Shown: positions 7,530 through 16,940, counted from the stretch's first letter. The stretch is DNA of 20,588 nt from an uncultured archaeon (GCA_964458565.1 CAYWJO010000054.1:1-20588); one strand, 5' to 3'. Notes: generated by a model not told the origin, from the sequence alone. Made by a program: numbers and translations.

Positions 7530-8306
7530 GTGGGCATCAGTATGGATATTGTACTTCTATACGCCATCATCCTTACCTTTCTAATAGCTTTTGTGTTCTC
7601 GATGTTTGGTCAGGGGGGAGGGTCAGTATACTCCCCAATACTGATTCTGCTTGGTTACGCAGTATTGCTTTCTACTTCCACATCACTAGTGTTGAACCTA
7701 ATAACATCGCTTTCTGCGGGCTATATCTTTTACCGCAACAAGATGATAGATTTGAGAACATCACTCCTATTCGTGCCTGGTATCGGTCTTGGAGCCTTCA
7801 TGGGCGGAGCACTAGCCGTATTTGCTGATACTGTCCTCATGTTATGGCTGTTCGTGTTTTTTCTCATCATTATGGGAGCGAGGATGATCTATACTTACTG
7901 GGAAAGGGGAATGACTGAAGGAAGCTCTCCAAAAGGGCTGTCCACAGCCGTGTATGTACTGATTGTCTTTTTCAGTTTCGCTGTGGGATTCATCTCTGGT
8001 CTGCTCGGGGTTGGTGGTGGAGTGTTAATCGTTCCATTCATGGTCTATGTGTGTAAGTATCCTGCGAAGTTTGCAGCAGGTTCATCGCACTTGATTATAT
8101 CATTCTCAGCGTTTTTCGGCATATTAGGTCATGCGGCAACTCACGAATTAGACATCCTATTGATCATAACGACTGCCATTGCCGTTCTCATCGCTGGAAA
8201 CCTTGGGGCCAGAACTAGTATGAGGCTAAAACCTCAGAAAATTAAGGCAGGGCTAGGCATCATAATGTGGGTGCTTGCTGTCATGCTTATTGTGAGCCTC
8301 ATTTGA
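7530..8306 (+). CDS. TauE/SafE (TSUP) sulfite-exporter family permease
   Basis: About 8 TM segments with duplicated glycine motifs FSMFGQGGGSVYSP and SGLLGVGGGVLIVP. Confidence 0.88.
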   Translation: MGISMDIVLLYAIILTFLIAFVFSMFGQGGGSVYSPILILLGYAVLLSTSTSLVLNLITSLSAGYIFYRNKMIDLRTSLLFVPGIGLGAFMGGALAVFADTVLMLWLFVFFLIIMGARMIYTYWERGMTEGSSPKGLSTAVYVLIVFFSFAVGFISGLLGVGGGVLIVPFMVYVCKYPAKFAAGSSHLIISFSAFFGILGHAATHELDILLIITTAIAVLIAGNLGARTSMRLKPQKIKAGLGIIMWVLAVMLIVSLI

Positions 8307-8324
8307 AAAACCTGCGTATGCATG

Positions 8325-8666
8325 TTATTCACAGAGAGTACATTCACTGTTCCTGAGGCTTTTGAAGTCCTTCATATGAACATCGCAGAGAGATTCTTCC
8401 GACCTCATTAGTGAGCATACTCTACACAGTCTGTTGATTGCAGCGACCATTGAGAGGTCAGCATTCGCAAGGTCCTCTGACAACTTCGAGATCATGAACA
8501 TCACATCTTCATCTTGAGATATCTCTTCCTCTAGAACGGCCACACGGACGCCATTCAGGTAATGGGTCACTGCTCCTTGGAATAAGGCCATTCTTGACGT
8601 GGCATCAATCTTACGAAGACCCTGTGTGTCAAGGGATTCATCGAAGAAACTGAGGAGCTCGTTCAT
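8325..8666 (-). CDS. Hypothetical protein (C-terminal part of the 204-aa ORF)
   Basis: Protein-like from MNELLSFF onwards. The ORF-track N-terminus runs through repeat copy 5 and is probably spurious. Confidence 0.35.
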   Translation of the reverse strand: MNELLSFFDESLDTQGLRKIDATSRMALFQGAVTHYLNGVRVAVLEEEISQDEDVMFMISKLSEDLANADLSMVAAINRLCRVCSLMRSEESLCDVHMKDFKSLRNSECTLCE

Positions 8667-8684
8667 TCGTATCTTGGAGAGGCT

Positions 8685-8885
8685 ATGATCTTTGAGCCCA
8701 CTCCTGATGAGAGATGGGACCTTGATGCCGCCCTCGAACTGGTCAGGGAGAGACTTGAGACAATTGTAGCTGAGTATTTTGGTGAGGATGACGAGGTCAA
8801 GGTTGCGAAGAGAGTTGCTGACTATGATGACGTGATGCGAAGTGTAAGAAACTCGCTCAGAGAGCTTCGTCGGAAACGACGATAG
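8685..8885 (+). CDS. Small hypothetical protein or 3' gene fragment
   Basis: Charged helical composition, ends about 15 nt before repeat copy 5. Confidence 0.4.
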   Translation: MIFEPTPDERWDLDAALELVRERLETIVAEYFGEDDEVKVAKRVADYDDVMRSVRNSLRELRRKRR

Positions 8886-8899
8886 TTTCCACTCGGCTT

Positions 8900-8943
8900 G
8901 ATAGACTATGAAAAATATAGGGTGCTCAACATGATGCACAAAG
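8900..8943 (-). repeat. Array repeat copy 5 (very short form)
   Basis: GATAGACTATGAAAAATATAGGGTGCTCAACATGATGCACAAAG. Confidence 0.88.
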
Positions 8944-8965
8944 TATCATATGGAATCCCGTAGAA

Positions 8966-10141
8966 ATGATATTGATGAGGATGAGAGTTTGGTATCAAAG
9001 AGTGGAACAATATCTGTTATTGACGATACTTTTACTCCTTTCAGTCATCATCCCACCATTGACCGATTCTAAATTGTATGATGAAAATCAGAGTTTGAAT
9101 AATGGTGATACTATCTGGGAAGAAATTGAGCATGATTATATTCGAGACAATACGGAAGCAATGGATATTGTCTTTAGAAACGCTACACACGGATGGGTAT
9201 TGAGTCAGAATAAGACAAGTTTCGGAGATGGTATTATCTTGCACACTACTGATAGTGCTCTATCATGGAAGCTTCAATACCACAATAAGACAAATTTTCT
9301 GAATAAGATACTCCTTTTCACTAACAATATTTGGGTGACGGGAAGAGGAGGTCTGCTTCATTCTATTGATGATGGTAAATCATGGGAGTATGTCTCCATC
9401 GATGACGAGGTGGGATATTTCTATGGTATCTTCTTCTTGAATGAAACTCTAGGTTGGGCTGGTTCTGAACGCGGCCTTTACAAGACTGTAGATGGAGGAG
9501 CCACGTGGAACAAGACGTTATTATATCCATATGAGGGCAGAGCACGAGACATCTACTTCACAACCCCGATGAATGGATGGATTATCCACTCATATGGAAT
9601 CTATCATACCACTGATGGAGGTGACTCTTGGGAACTACAACATGACCGAGGTGGTTGGTCTTTCTCCTTTGTTAGTGATACTGAGGCATGGGCCGTTGGT
9701 GATAACATGCTTGCTCACATGACTGATGGAGAAGTCTGGGCTGAACAACCACTCCCTCCAAGTCGTTATGGCAATCCTCCGTACATGAATGATATATTCT
9801 TCATGAACAAGACCCATGGATGGATAGGAGCCCTCACTCCTCAGATTGCACATACCAAGAATGGAGGAATTGATTGGTATTCACAGTCAGTTTCAGGCGA
9901 TAAATCAATAATCACATTGTACCTATTCAATGAATCTCTTGGATGGGCTGCAGGTTGGGATGGGCGAATTTACAGGACGACTAGAGCAAACGAACCAGAA
10001 ACCTATTCTTGGGGTAGCACAAATACCACTCTACTAACCAGCGTCAGCATCTTAATCATAGCAATTGTGATTATCTCAATTGTGCTTGTACGATTCAGGA
10101 AGAGACCCTCCGTTACACCTTCAGCTCCCGCCATTGAATAA
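8966..10141 (+). CDS. YCF48/BNR-repeat beta-propeller surface protein
   Basis: Repeated Asp-box units (SIDDGKSW, TVDGGATW, TTDGGDSW, TKNGGIDW) with F.N...GW motifs, an N-terminal signal/TM and a C-terminal TM with basic tail. Confidence 0.85.
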   Translation: MILMRMRVWYQRVEQYLLLTILLLLSVIIPPLTDSKLYDENQSLNNGDTIWEEIEHDYIRDNTEAMDIVFRNATHGWVLSQNKTSFGDGIILHTTDSALSWKLQYHNKTNFLNKILLFTNNIWVTGRGGLLHSIDDGKSWEYVSIDDEVGYFYGIFFLNETLGWAGSERGLYKTVDGGATWNKTLLYPYEGRARDIYFTTPMNGWIIHSYGIYHTTDGGDSWELQHDRGGWSFSFVSDTEAWAVGDNMLAHMTDGEVWAEQPLPPSRYGNPPYMNDIFFMNKTHGWIGALTPQIAHTKNGGIDWYSQSVSGDKSIITLYLFNESLGWAAGWDGRIYRTTRANEPETYSWGSTNTTLLTSVSILIIAIVIISIVLVRFRKRPSVTPSAPAIE

Positions 10142-10200
10142 TATCACATTGGTTCCACAGTATTCACTTGCGAATATGTTCGTCACCGATAGGAATTGAC

Positions 10201-10346
10201 ATTGCAAAAGAAATAGGGTGCTCAACATGATGTGCAAGGGCAAGTCCCTGTTACTCCATCCCGTCATCCGTCACCTTCGGCTCTGTCCGAGGACAGAAGC
10301 TGACTTCTACCTCTAAGAAGTAGAAAAATCTTAGGAGGTGATTGAT
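10201..10346 (-). repeat. Array repeat copy 6 (trailer + anti-SD, truncated inside the intron)
   Basis: Core at 10216-10227 and AGGAGGTGA at 10333-10341. Similarity ends 5 nt into the intron. Confidence 0.95.
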
Positions 10347-10488
10347 TTGTGATATTCTGAATTGAAATCCGTTACAATGTACAACTTATTCGATATGATG
10401 AAAATCTCAGAATAATAAAATAACAATGACTTTATATATTCAGGTTTATACCATACTATCAGAATATTACAGCTTATTCAGGTGAACG

Positions 10489-10746
10489 ATGATGGGTCTG
10501 ACTACTGAAAGTCAAATCGGAAAAAAACATGCGATATATCTTCCAAAGATAATAGTTGAAGAAATAGATTTGCGAGAAGGAATGAAGATATTGATCACTG
10601 TGGATGGAAACAAGCTCATCATCGAACCATTGCCAGATCCTATAACATTAGCAAAGAAAGGAAAAAAGTTCGCTACAATGACGATTGATGAAATGGAGGC
10701 TGTCAGCATTGAAGAGCAAACAAAACGCTCAGAGAATTCTTCTTGA
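10489..10746 (+). CDS. AbrB/MazE/SpoVT family antitoxin
   Basis: IGKKHAIYLPKIIVEEIDLREGMKILITVDGNKLIIEP swapped-hairpin motif, overlapping the PIN gene. Confidence 0.88.
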   Translation: MMGLTTESQIGKKHAIYLPKIIVEEIDLREGMKILITVDGNKLIIEPLPDPITLAKKGKKFATMTIDEMEAVSIEEQTKRSENSS

Positions 10747-11161
10747 TACATCCTTTCTCATGCCCACTATAGGAATTGAGGTTGAAAAACAAGTACTGGA
10801 TACAGTTTCAAAAATCCAACCCGGAAAATATGAAATCCTCTATTCCAACCTCAGTCTACTCGAATGCACGTGGATGGCAATAAAACAGATGAAAGCATCA
10901 AAATATAGAGAAGAAATATTCAGAAAAGGTGTGTTGAGTATCGCAAAGACTGGGTATTATAATCTCATCCATGAAGATGCTGAAGACTATTTGTATGCAC
11001 TTCAACTCTATCAGATGGGTCATATAGATATGATCGATAACCTGTTGTATGCAATTGCATTGAGGAATGAATGTTCTTTTCTCACAATTGATAGGGAGCT
11101 TCAAGAATTCATCGATAAGAATGATGTGAGAGATGTCATTTTAACTCCTGAAGAGTTTTGA
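10709..11161 (+). CDS. vapC: PIN-domain (VapC-like) toxin
   Basis: ILLDTSFL, SLLE, DMIDNLLYAIA and FLTIDREL. TTG start at 10709 chosen because GGAGG precedes it. Confidence 0.85.
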   Translation: MKSKQNAQRILLDTSFLMPTIGIEVEKQVLDTVSKIQPGKYEILYSNLSLLECTWMAIKQMKASKYREEIFRKGVLSIAKTGYYNLIHEDAEDYLYALQLYQMGHIDMIDNLLYAIALRNECSFLTIDRELQEFIDKNDVRDVILTPEEF

Positions 11162-11196
11162 AAAACTTCGAATGCAAAATAATGGGGAGTGTCAAT

Positions 11197-11276
11197 ACAA
11201 AAGAGATAGGGTGCTCATCGGGATCTACAGTGGGCAAGTCCTTGGTACCCCAACCCGTCATCCACCAACTTCATTC
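11197..11276 (-). repeat. Array repeat copy 7 (short, degenerate)
   Basis: CAAAAGAGATAGGGTGCTCA..GGGCAAGTCC..AACCCGTCATCCACCAACTTCA. Confidence 0.85.
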
Positions 11277-11336
11277 TATTCAAAGTCAAATGATTTAAGG
11301 AATATTATATTGACAAAGAAGTATAACAAAATGGAT

Positions 11337-11759
11337 TCATCTTAGGAATGTTAGTACATCAGGTAGTAATCCACGTTCCAAAGAAGTATCAATTTCCTTT
11401 TCTTTATGAACAAAAAGAGCCATTCCTCCTAGAAGAACTGCACCTGCTATAGTGTAACAATCTGGTAGAGAAATTGGCGCTTTGCATTTAATCTTTGCAG
11501 CTTCTTTCCATACTATTTCTGTGGGGATTACCCTGATAGCGCCTGAATTGAGAAGATTTTCACTCTTCTTTTTAGCAACCTTCCAACTAGATTTTCTACA
11601 GACTATATAGACGAGTTCACTCATAGCAATTTCTGTACAGAAATAGAGTGTTTCTCCTGATATGATTCTTTGTGAAAGTTTTTTCGCGGATGCTTCTTCA
11701 GTGACTAAGGCGATTAAGACTCCGCCATCAAGAATAACTGAAGAACTATCTGTTTCCAT
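11337..11759 (-). CDS. vapC: PIN-domain (VapC-like) toxin
   Basis: VILDGGVLIAL, AMSELVYI and ISLPDCYTIAGA motifs. Confidence 0.85.
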   Translation of the reverse strand: METDSSSVILDGGVLIALVTEEASAKKLSQRIISGETLYFCTEIAMSELVYIVCRKSSWKVAKKKSENLLNSGAIRVIPTEIVWKEAAKIKCKAPISLPDCYTIAGAVLLGGMALFVHKEKEIDTSLERGLLPDVLTFLR

Positions 11760-11994
11760 TGTCTAATCGCCTCTCAGATAGGAGCTCAGTATACATTTCT
11801 TCAAATGATGTATTTGGAATAGGTTGGGTGAAGGTTCGCCAAGCATCTAAATCGAATTTCTGTCTTGAATACAATGCAATCAAGTACTGAATTACTGTAT
11901 CAAAATCAACTCGTTCCTGTCGTATCTTCTGGAGATCTGCAGCAATTTGAAGAAGCTCTTTCCTTGTCTTTTCCTTGATTGAGATAGTAGCCAT
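11746..11994 (-). CDS. VapB-type antitoxin
   Basis: MATISIKEKTRKELLQIAADLQ..VDFDTVIQYLI, overlapping the toxin start. Start trimmed from the ORF-track 12123. Confidence 0.8.
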   Translation of the reverse strand: MATISIKEKTRKELLQIAADLQKIRQERVDFDTVIQYLIALYSRQKFDLDAWRTFTQPIPNTSFEEMYTELLSERRLDNGNR

Positions 11995-12007
11995 AACAAC
12001 CATTGTA

Positions 12008-12028
12008 TAATACACATCTATTGTATTA
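12008..12028. promoter_or_regulatory. Inverted repeat, putative TA autoregulatory operator
   Basis: TAATACA-N7-TGTATTA immediately upstream of the antitoxin start. Confidence 0.45.
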
Positions 12029-12103
12029 AACACAACGATTCTAGTCTTAGTGATAAATCCCCAACAGATAGAAATTGTCGCATAGATTTCACATACTCTT
12101 TCG

Positions 12104-12203
12104 TGAACCCACTTCACACTCAATTGGATAGACTATGAATAAAATAGGGTCCTCAACATGATGTGCTAAGGGAAAGTCCCTTTACAATCCAACCCGTCAT
12201 CCA
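12104..12203 (-). repeat. Array repeat copy 8 (short form with extended flank)
   Basis: TGAACCCACTTCACACTCAATTGGATAGACTATGAATAAAATAGGGTCCTCAACATGATG..AACCCGTCATCC. Confidence 0.92.
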
Positions 12204-12224
12204 ATCCGATGATTGCATCCACAT

Positions 12225-12725
12225 TCATTCCAATTCTGAGAGGACTCTGGAATATAAGGCTGTAGACATATGAAAGGTGGTTTCTTCAACAAGAAAACGA
12301 ATCTTGGCGCGGGATTCCTTTTTCAGTAGTAGTCCTTTCTTCGTTGCGGACAGAATGATCCCGACAGTTCCAATCAACTCAAGACCCAAAGTCCTAGCAA
12401 CATCTCTTGCAGCCAAGTCATCTATGACAATAACAGAGTCTGCTTCTTTCTTGGTATGAAACGCGAGTACAAGAGCGTCTATCTCGCCCTTATGGAGTCC
12501 CATATCACTCAGCTTACTTGTGAGCGAACTTTCTGGGACCTCAGATACAATCAACCAGTCAGAAAATGCGCTTTTCAAGATTGCATACTCTGATTCAGAG
12601 GTGTCAAGGACTTCATCCTTAACAGTAGCAACAGTGATTACTTTGTCGAATAACTGCTGCAATAGATCAAGTATGCCAAGCTTTCCCAGGTAAATAAGGG
12701 GCGATGCATTGACGATTGCAATCAA
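12225..12725 (-). CDS. DUF3368 family PIN-like toxin
   Basis: IVNASPLIYL, LHKGEIDALVLA and IDDLAARDVARTLGLELIGTVGIL. Confidence 0.88.
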   Translation of the reverse strand: MIAIVNASPLIYLGKLGILDLLQQLFDKVITVATVKDEVLDTSESEYAILKSAFSDWLIVSEVPESSLTSKLSDMGLHKGEIDALVLAFHTKKEADSVIVIDDLAARDVARTLGLELIGTVGIILSATKKGLLLKKESRAKIRFLVEETTFHMSTALYSRVLSELE

Positions 12726-12726
12726 T

Positions 12727-13038
12727 TCAAATGCCCTCTGCGAATATCAAGTCCTCTGCAAGTGATTGTTCCTCATACATTGCTATTTTGCGTTCTGCCA
12801 GTTCTTTCATCATTGCTCTTAGTGGAATCTCAGCAATAGCTGCAGCTTTCCAAATACTGAGACGTCTAGCTGCGACCTCCTCAGACAGATAATCGAGAAG
12901 ATCAGCTGAAAGAGACCTATCTATGAGCTGACGTACGTATGATGATTTGTCAACAATCTTCCTTTTCTCCATCAGAAAAGTTAGTCGTTTCTCCAATTCT
13001 GCATCCATTCTCACTGAGAGTACATCACCCATCTTCAA
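12727..13038 (-). CDS. UPF0175 family antitoxin with N-terminal RHH
   Basis: VLSVRMD..DKSSYVRQLI and LSIWKAAAIAEIPLRAMMKEL. Usual partner of DUF3368. Confidence 0.82.
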   Translation of the reverse strand: MKMGDVLSVRMDAELEKRLTFLMEKRKIVDKSSYVRQLIDRSLSADLLDYLSEEVAARRLSIWKAAAIAEIPLRAMMKELAERKIAMYEEQSLAEDLIFAEGI

Positions 13039-13096
13039 TCATGTATACTATGTATGACAGAGTATATGAATGTATTTGTTGAATCTGGAGGGTGAC

Positions 13097-13285
13097 TCAC
13101 TCTTTGGTTCTTTCAAGAGGGAGAAACGCCTCTTCTTCCAGGATTTGTTTCTGGTGTCTTACGAACCCGATTTGATCATATCTCCTGATTAAGCGTAGTA
13201 GTGTATCATTGAAATCCTCACCCGGTAACCTCGCTTCTTCCAAGAGATTGTAAGCTTCTTCAGTTATCCGGATTTTCTTAGTCAA
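13097..13285 (-). CDS. Orphan antitoxin (DUF217/VapB-like)
   Basis: TKKIRITEEAYNLLEEARLPGEDFNDTLLRLI. C-terminus resembles the antitoxin at 2260-2457. Confidence 0.75.
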   Translation of the reverse strand: MTKKIRITEEAYNLLEEARLPGEDFNDTLLRLIRRYDQIGFVRHQKQILEEEAFLPLERTKE

Positions 13286-13356
13286 AATTTGTTCCTCAGA
13301 TTTTCATATGGCAGTTCAGATATAAAACCACAACCATTGGTTCTGTAAGATTGTTT

Positions 13357-13429
13357 GACTATGAATAAAATAGGGTCCTCAACATGGTGTGCTAAGGGAA
13401 AGTCCCTTTACAATCCAACCCGTCATCCG
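13357..13429 (-). repeat. Array repeat copy 9 (short form)
   Basis: Nearly identical to copy 8 over GACTATGAATAAAATAGGGTCCTCAACATG..CCCGTCATCC. Confidence 0.92.
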
Positions 13430-13472
13430 CTGGATTCTGTATAATTTGGTCTGATTCTAATGCATGAGGAAA

Positions 13473-14531
13473 TTACAATGCTTTCAATGCTTGTTCTAGA
13501 GTTGATTTGAATCTACTTATTCTATCTTTCTTTATACCTTCACTAATTTCCTTGTCATTTGCAAGTTGAATCTCTATCTCTCTCTTACGTAAAGGTTTGA
13601 TGAGTTCTGGTTCTTCTACGTTGATTCCCACGGGACGGTTCTTAGGAAGGGGTTCAGGTAATGAAAGTACACGAAAGTCCTTTTTAAGATTCAAAGTAAA
13701 AATCCCCTTTTTCTCTTTCACTTTATCAATCTGATCAAGCCAAATATAGTCAACACTACCAAAGTATGCATGATTGTCTGAATCTGGATAATAGAATTTA
13801 GCATACTTAGGCTTGTTAGCAATGGCTACACTTGACATAACTCCAGGATAGATCATTATACTAGCTTGGCTATATGGTGATGGATTTTTATCGTCTGGTA
13901 AATCGTTTCCAACAAAAATCAGTCTCTTGTTTGTAAGAAATAATCCGGGCATCTTGTACTTATCAATTACTTGGCTCATGCACGTAATTCCATAGTCTAT
14001 ATGCATTAATTCTTCTTCATCCTGAAACACTTGTTGAGCAATACTTAGTAAAAGATCTAAAGCTATCAAACGTGAATAAGATAGATATTCATCCAGTTTA
14101 AGAATATCAGACTGTAGATTATATGTATCATCTTTAGCATAAAGATTAGCAATAATCTCAAAAGTTGGAAAAACTCCCTCAGTATCAACAGATGGATATC
14201 CCTTCAGTAGCAAGTCAATAGCAAGATTGTCATGGGTTTTCAGAATACTCTCGAAGTACTCTATAATCTCATCTCTTTTCTGGATGATTTTTTCAATTAA
14301 TTCCCAATAATCGTGGGTAATATTATCCAAACTAGGAATTATTTGACGACCTTCCCACTCAAAAAGACGTTGAGCATTAGTGGATACAATTAAAGGTGGA
14401 TCTCCATCATTGGCGTCATCTGGAGATTGACCATCAAACAACAATGGATAGCTATACAATTCCTTCGAAAATTCATCTAATCTGGTAAGAATATCATCAA
14501 TCATACTCAATAAATCCCCATGATTAAACAT
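13473..14531 (-). CDS. Hypothetical protein, possible PH/GRAM-like domain
   Basis: Long AT-rich ORF. GLFLTNKRLIFV and IWLDQIDKVK resemble PH-fold motifs. Confidence 0.7.
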   Translation of the reverse strand: MFNHGDLLSMIDDILTRLDEFSKELYSYPLLFDGQSPDDANDGDPPLIVSTNAQRLFEWEGRQIIPSLDNITHDYWELIEKIIQKRDEIIEYFESILKTHDNLAIDLLLKGYPSVDTEGVFPTFEIIANLYAKDDTYNLQSDILKLDEYLSYSRLIALDLLLSIAQQVFQDEEELMHIDYGITCMSQVIDKYKMPGLFLTNKRLIFVGNDLPDDKNPSPYSQASIMIYPGVMSSVAIANKPKYAKFYYPDSDNHAYFGSVDYIWLDQIDKVKEKKGIFTLNLKKDFRVLSLPEPLPKNRPVGINVEEPELIKPLRKREIEIQLANDKEISEGIKKDRISRFKSTLEQALKAL

Positions 14532-14605
14532 TAAAGAAATCTCATATTTATCAATTCTGTAAGATTTTTTTATCTAGCATCTTCTCTGAATATTAAACTG
14601 CTGTA

Positions 14606-14683
14606 TTGTAAAAGAGAGGGTGCTCAACATGGTGTACAAGGGCAAGTCCCTGTTACTCCAACCCGTCATCCACCCACTTCACT
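14606..14683 (-). repeat. Array repeat copy 10 (short form)
   Basis: TTGTAAAAGAGAGGGTGCTCAACATGGTG..GGGCAAGTCCCTGTTACTCCAACCCGTCATCCACCCACTTCAC. Confidence 0.92.
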
Positions 14684-14711
14684 TCTCACGCTGAGCGTTA
14701 TAATTAGTTGA

Positions 14712-16940
14712 TTATTCCTGATTTAATTCGTCCACTGCCTTTCTTGCTTCATCTTCAAGTTCTCGTTCTTTCTTCACCTTTTCTCGTTTTTCAAGGTAGG
14801 GACGAGAGAGGTAGATACCGACTCCTGCCAGAGCTGCACCTAGAACGAAGATTCCGAGGATTATAGGCAGGTTGTAAAGAAGGAATTCATTGAGAGGGAT
14901 TAGAGGATTGAGTGGATCAAATCCATTAATCACCTCCCAACCATCGGGAATTGAGTCCATATCGCTATCAGGGTCATTAGGATCAGTATGGTGCAGGAAT
15001 TCCTGAGCATTGGATAGAGCGTCATTGTCCAAGTCTTCTGAAGCATCTTGAGGATCTAGAGGATTCAGACCGTGTGCCAACTCCCATGAGTCAGACATGC
15101 TGTCTGAATCGGTGTCACTATTGACAGGCGAGGTACCATAGATGAACAGCTCACTGTAGTCATCAAGTGAGTCATGATCAGTGTCATTGCTAAATCGATT
15201 GGTATCGAATACCGTTTCGTTGAAGTCAGGAATCAAGTCGCCATCACTGTCACTCATATCACCTAGTTTGAAGATGAAGCTATCAGAAGTGCCATTTAGA
15301 GTATCATCATAGCCATTGTAGTGTGGAAAGTCATCAGACCCAGTCAAACCAGTGACATATGCAAAACCTAAGTCATCAATATAGATGGATGAGGTTGAAT
15401 CGTAATGTGATCCTCCAACGAAGGTCGAATAGAGGAGAAGCCCATTGACTACATCAATCTTTGTCACAAACACATCTCGATTCCCATTATGTGATGAATC
15501 ATAGGCATTGAGAGTCGGAAAATCCAGTGAGTATGTCATGCCAGCTACATATGCACCATCATGATCATCTGCAATCAATGCAAAAGCGATATCATCACTA
15601 TTGCCTCCGAGATATGTAGAGAAGGAGATGGAACTCGCCTCCGAATCTATCGCCAACAAGAATGAGTCCACACCTCCATGAATGTTGCTAGCAAACGCAT
15701 GAGAGGTTGTGAAGTCATCTGATGTTGTTTCACCACAGACAATGATGGCACCACTAGAGCTCATGTCAATTGAATGAGCAGAGTCACTTGCGTTCCCTCC
15801 GAAAAAGGTTGAGAAGAGAAGTGAATCACCAGTTGGAGCCAGTTTTGCGATGAAGCAATCTTGGCTACCATTGAGTGTGTCATCAAGGGGATTCATCAGA
15901 GGGAAGTCCGGAGATTCAGTGTATCCAGAGATGATGACATTTCCCATTCTATCAAGGGTGATTGATGTGCTTACATCGTCAAGGATTCCTCCAAGATAAG
16001 TCGAAAATACGAGACCATTTCCAGTGGCGTTCAGCTGGCAGATGAAACAATCCCAATGCTCTACATACACATCACCATTATAGGTTTCATCATATCCATG
16101 TGTCGTGGGAAATGTAGGCGAGTTCGTATATCCTGTGACATAGGCATTTCCTACCTCATCGACTGTAATTGAGGTTGCCAAATCACGGCTTCCTGAGTAA
16201 GGAAAAATAAAACCACCACCTATTAGTGAGGAGTATATCAAACCATTACCAGTGGCATTTAGCTTTATAATAAAGGCATCATGACCATCAGCATCAGGAC
16301 TTACATATCCATTTACACATGGAAAATCGTTTGAATCAGTCCATCCAGAGACGTATACATTTCCCATTGAATCTACATAGATAGATGTACCAACATCATT
16401 AGATCTCCCACCGATGATTGTTGAATATATCAATCCGTTACCAGTGGAATTGAACTTGGCTACAAAGCAGTTAATTGAACTATTATAATCAGTTGTGAGA
16501 TTGACAGTCATTGGAAAGTCTGATGCACCAGTATAACCAGTCACGTATATATTACAATCCGGGTCTACAGCAATGTCTGTCATTTCCACATGATCAACCA
16601 ACTCACTACCACCAAAATAGGTTGAAAAAATGAGAGGTGAGGGAATGGCATTGGGATTGATATCACTTTTATCAAATTCTAATTCAATCTCATGCAAGCA
16701 AGAGATAGTCGGATCTCTCTTCGTGGCGACACTGTTTATGATTGGTATAAATGGATTTACACTGATGGTTTCAAAAAGGGAGTGGTTAACTTGTCTGATG
16801 TTGCATGAGATCAAGAGAGCAACTGTAAGGAGAAGGATAATGTGAATCTTCTTCAATCTCGTGATAGAGGGTATTCTCATCAGAGAACTCAGAACCCGAT
16901 ATGTCTTCACATTACCCGATTTTTTCACCGTTCCAAACAA
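14712..16940 (-). CDS. SBBP beta-propeller repeat surface protein with Ca-binding TSP3-like repeats and C-terminal TM anchor
   Basis: Repeated STY.GG..D....I.VD..GN.YV.G.T.S.DFP units and DSDGDLIPD/DTDSDSMSDSWE repeats. Start may be at 16880. Confidence 0.88.
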   Translation of the reverse strand: MFGTVKKSGNVKTYRVLSSLMRIPSITRLKKIHIILLLTVALLISCNIRQVNHSLFETISVNPFIPIINSVATKRDPTISCLHEIELEFDKSDINPNAIPSPLIFSTYFGGSELVDHVEMTDIAVDPDCNIYVTGYTGASDFPMTVNLTTDYNSSINCFVAKFNSTGNGLIYSTIIGGRSNDVGTSIYVDSMGNVYVSGWTDSNDFPCVNGYVSPDADGHDAFIIKLNATGNGLIYSSLIGGGFIFPYSGSRDLATSITVDEVGNAYVTGYTNSPTFPTTHGYDETYNGDVYVEHWDCFICQLNATGNGLVFSTYLGGILDDVSTSITLDRMGNVIISGYTESPDFPLMNPLDDTLNGSQDCFIAKLAPTGDSLLFSTFFGGNASDSAHSIDMSSSGAIIVCGETTSDDFTTSHAFASNIHGGVDSFLLAIDSEASSISFSTYLGGNSDDIAFALIADDHDGAYVAGMTYSLDFPTLNAYDSSHNGNRDVFVTKIDVVNGLLLYSTFVGGSHYDSTSSIYIDDLGFAYVTGLTGSDDFPHYNGYDDTLNGTSDSFIFKLGDMSDSDGDLIPDFNETVFDTNRFSNDTDHDSLDDYSELFIYGTSPVNSDTDSDSMSDSWELAHGLNPLDPQDASEDLDNDALSNAQEFLHHTDPNDPDSDMDSIPDGWEVINGFDPLNPLIPLNEFLLYNLPIILGIFVLGAALAGVGIYLSRPYLEKREKVKKERELEDEARKAVDELNQE

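Noticed and set aside
10216-10346. Canonical integron attC sites
   Set aside because: GCTCAAC fits RYYYAAC, but I found no complementary GTTRRRY box or L boxes closing a single hairpin. Copies 8/9 alter the box and cargo lies on both strands.
14618-14675. SECIS or box C/D RNA (GGGUG-GAUGA...UUGA-GCACCC on the minus strand)
   Set aside because: Helix geometry is not canonical and the closing stem exists only in some short copies.
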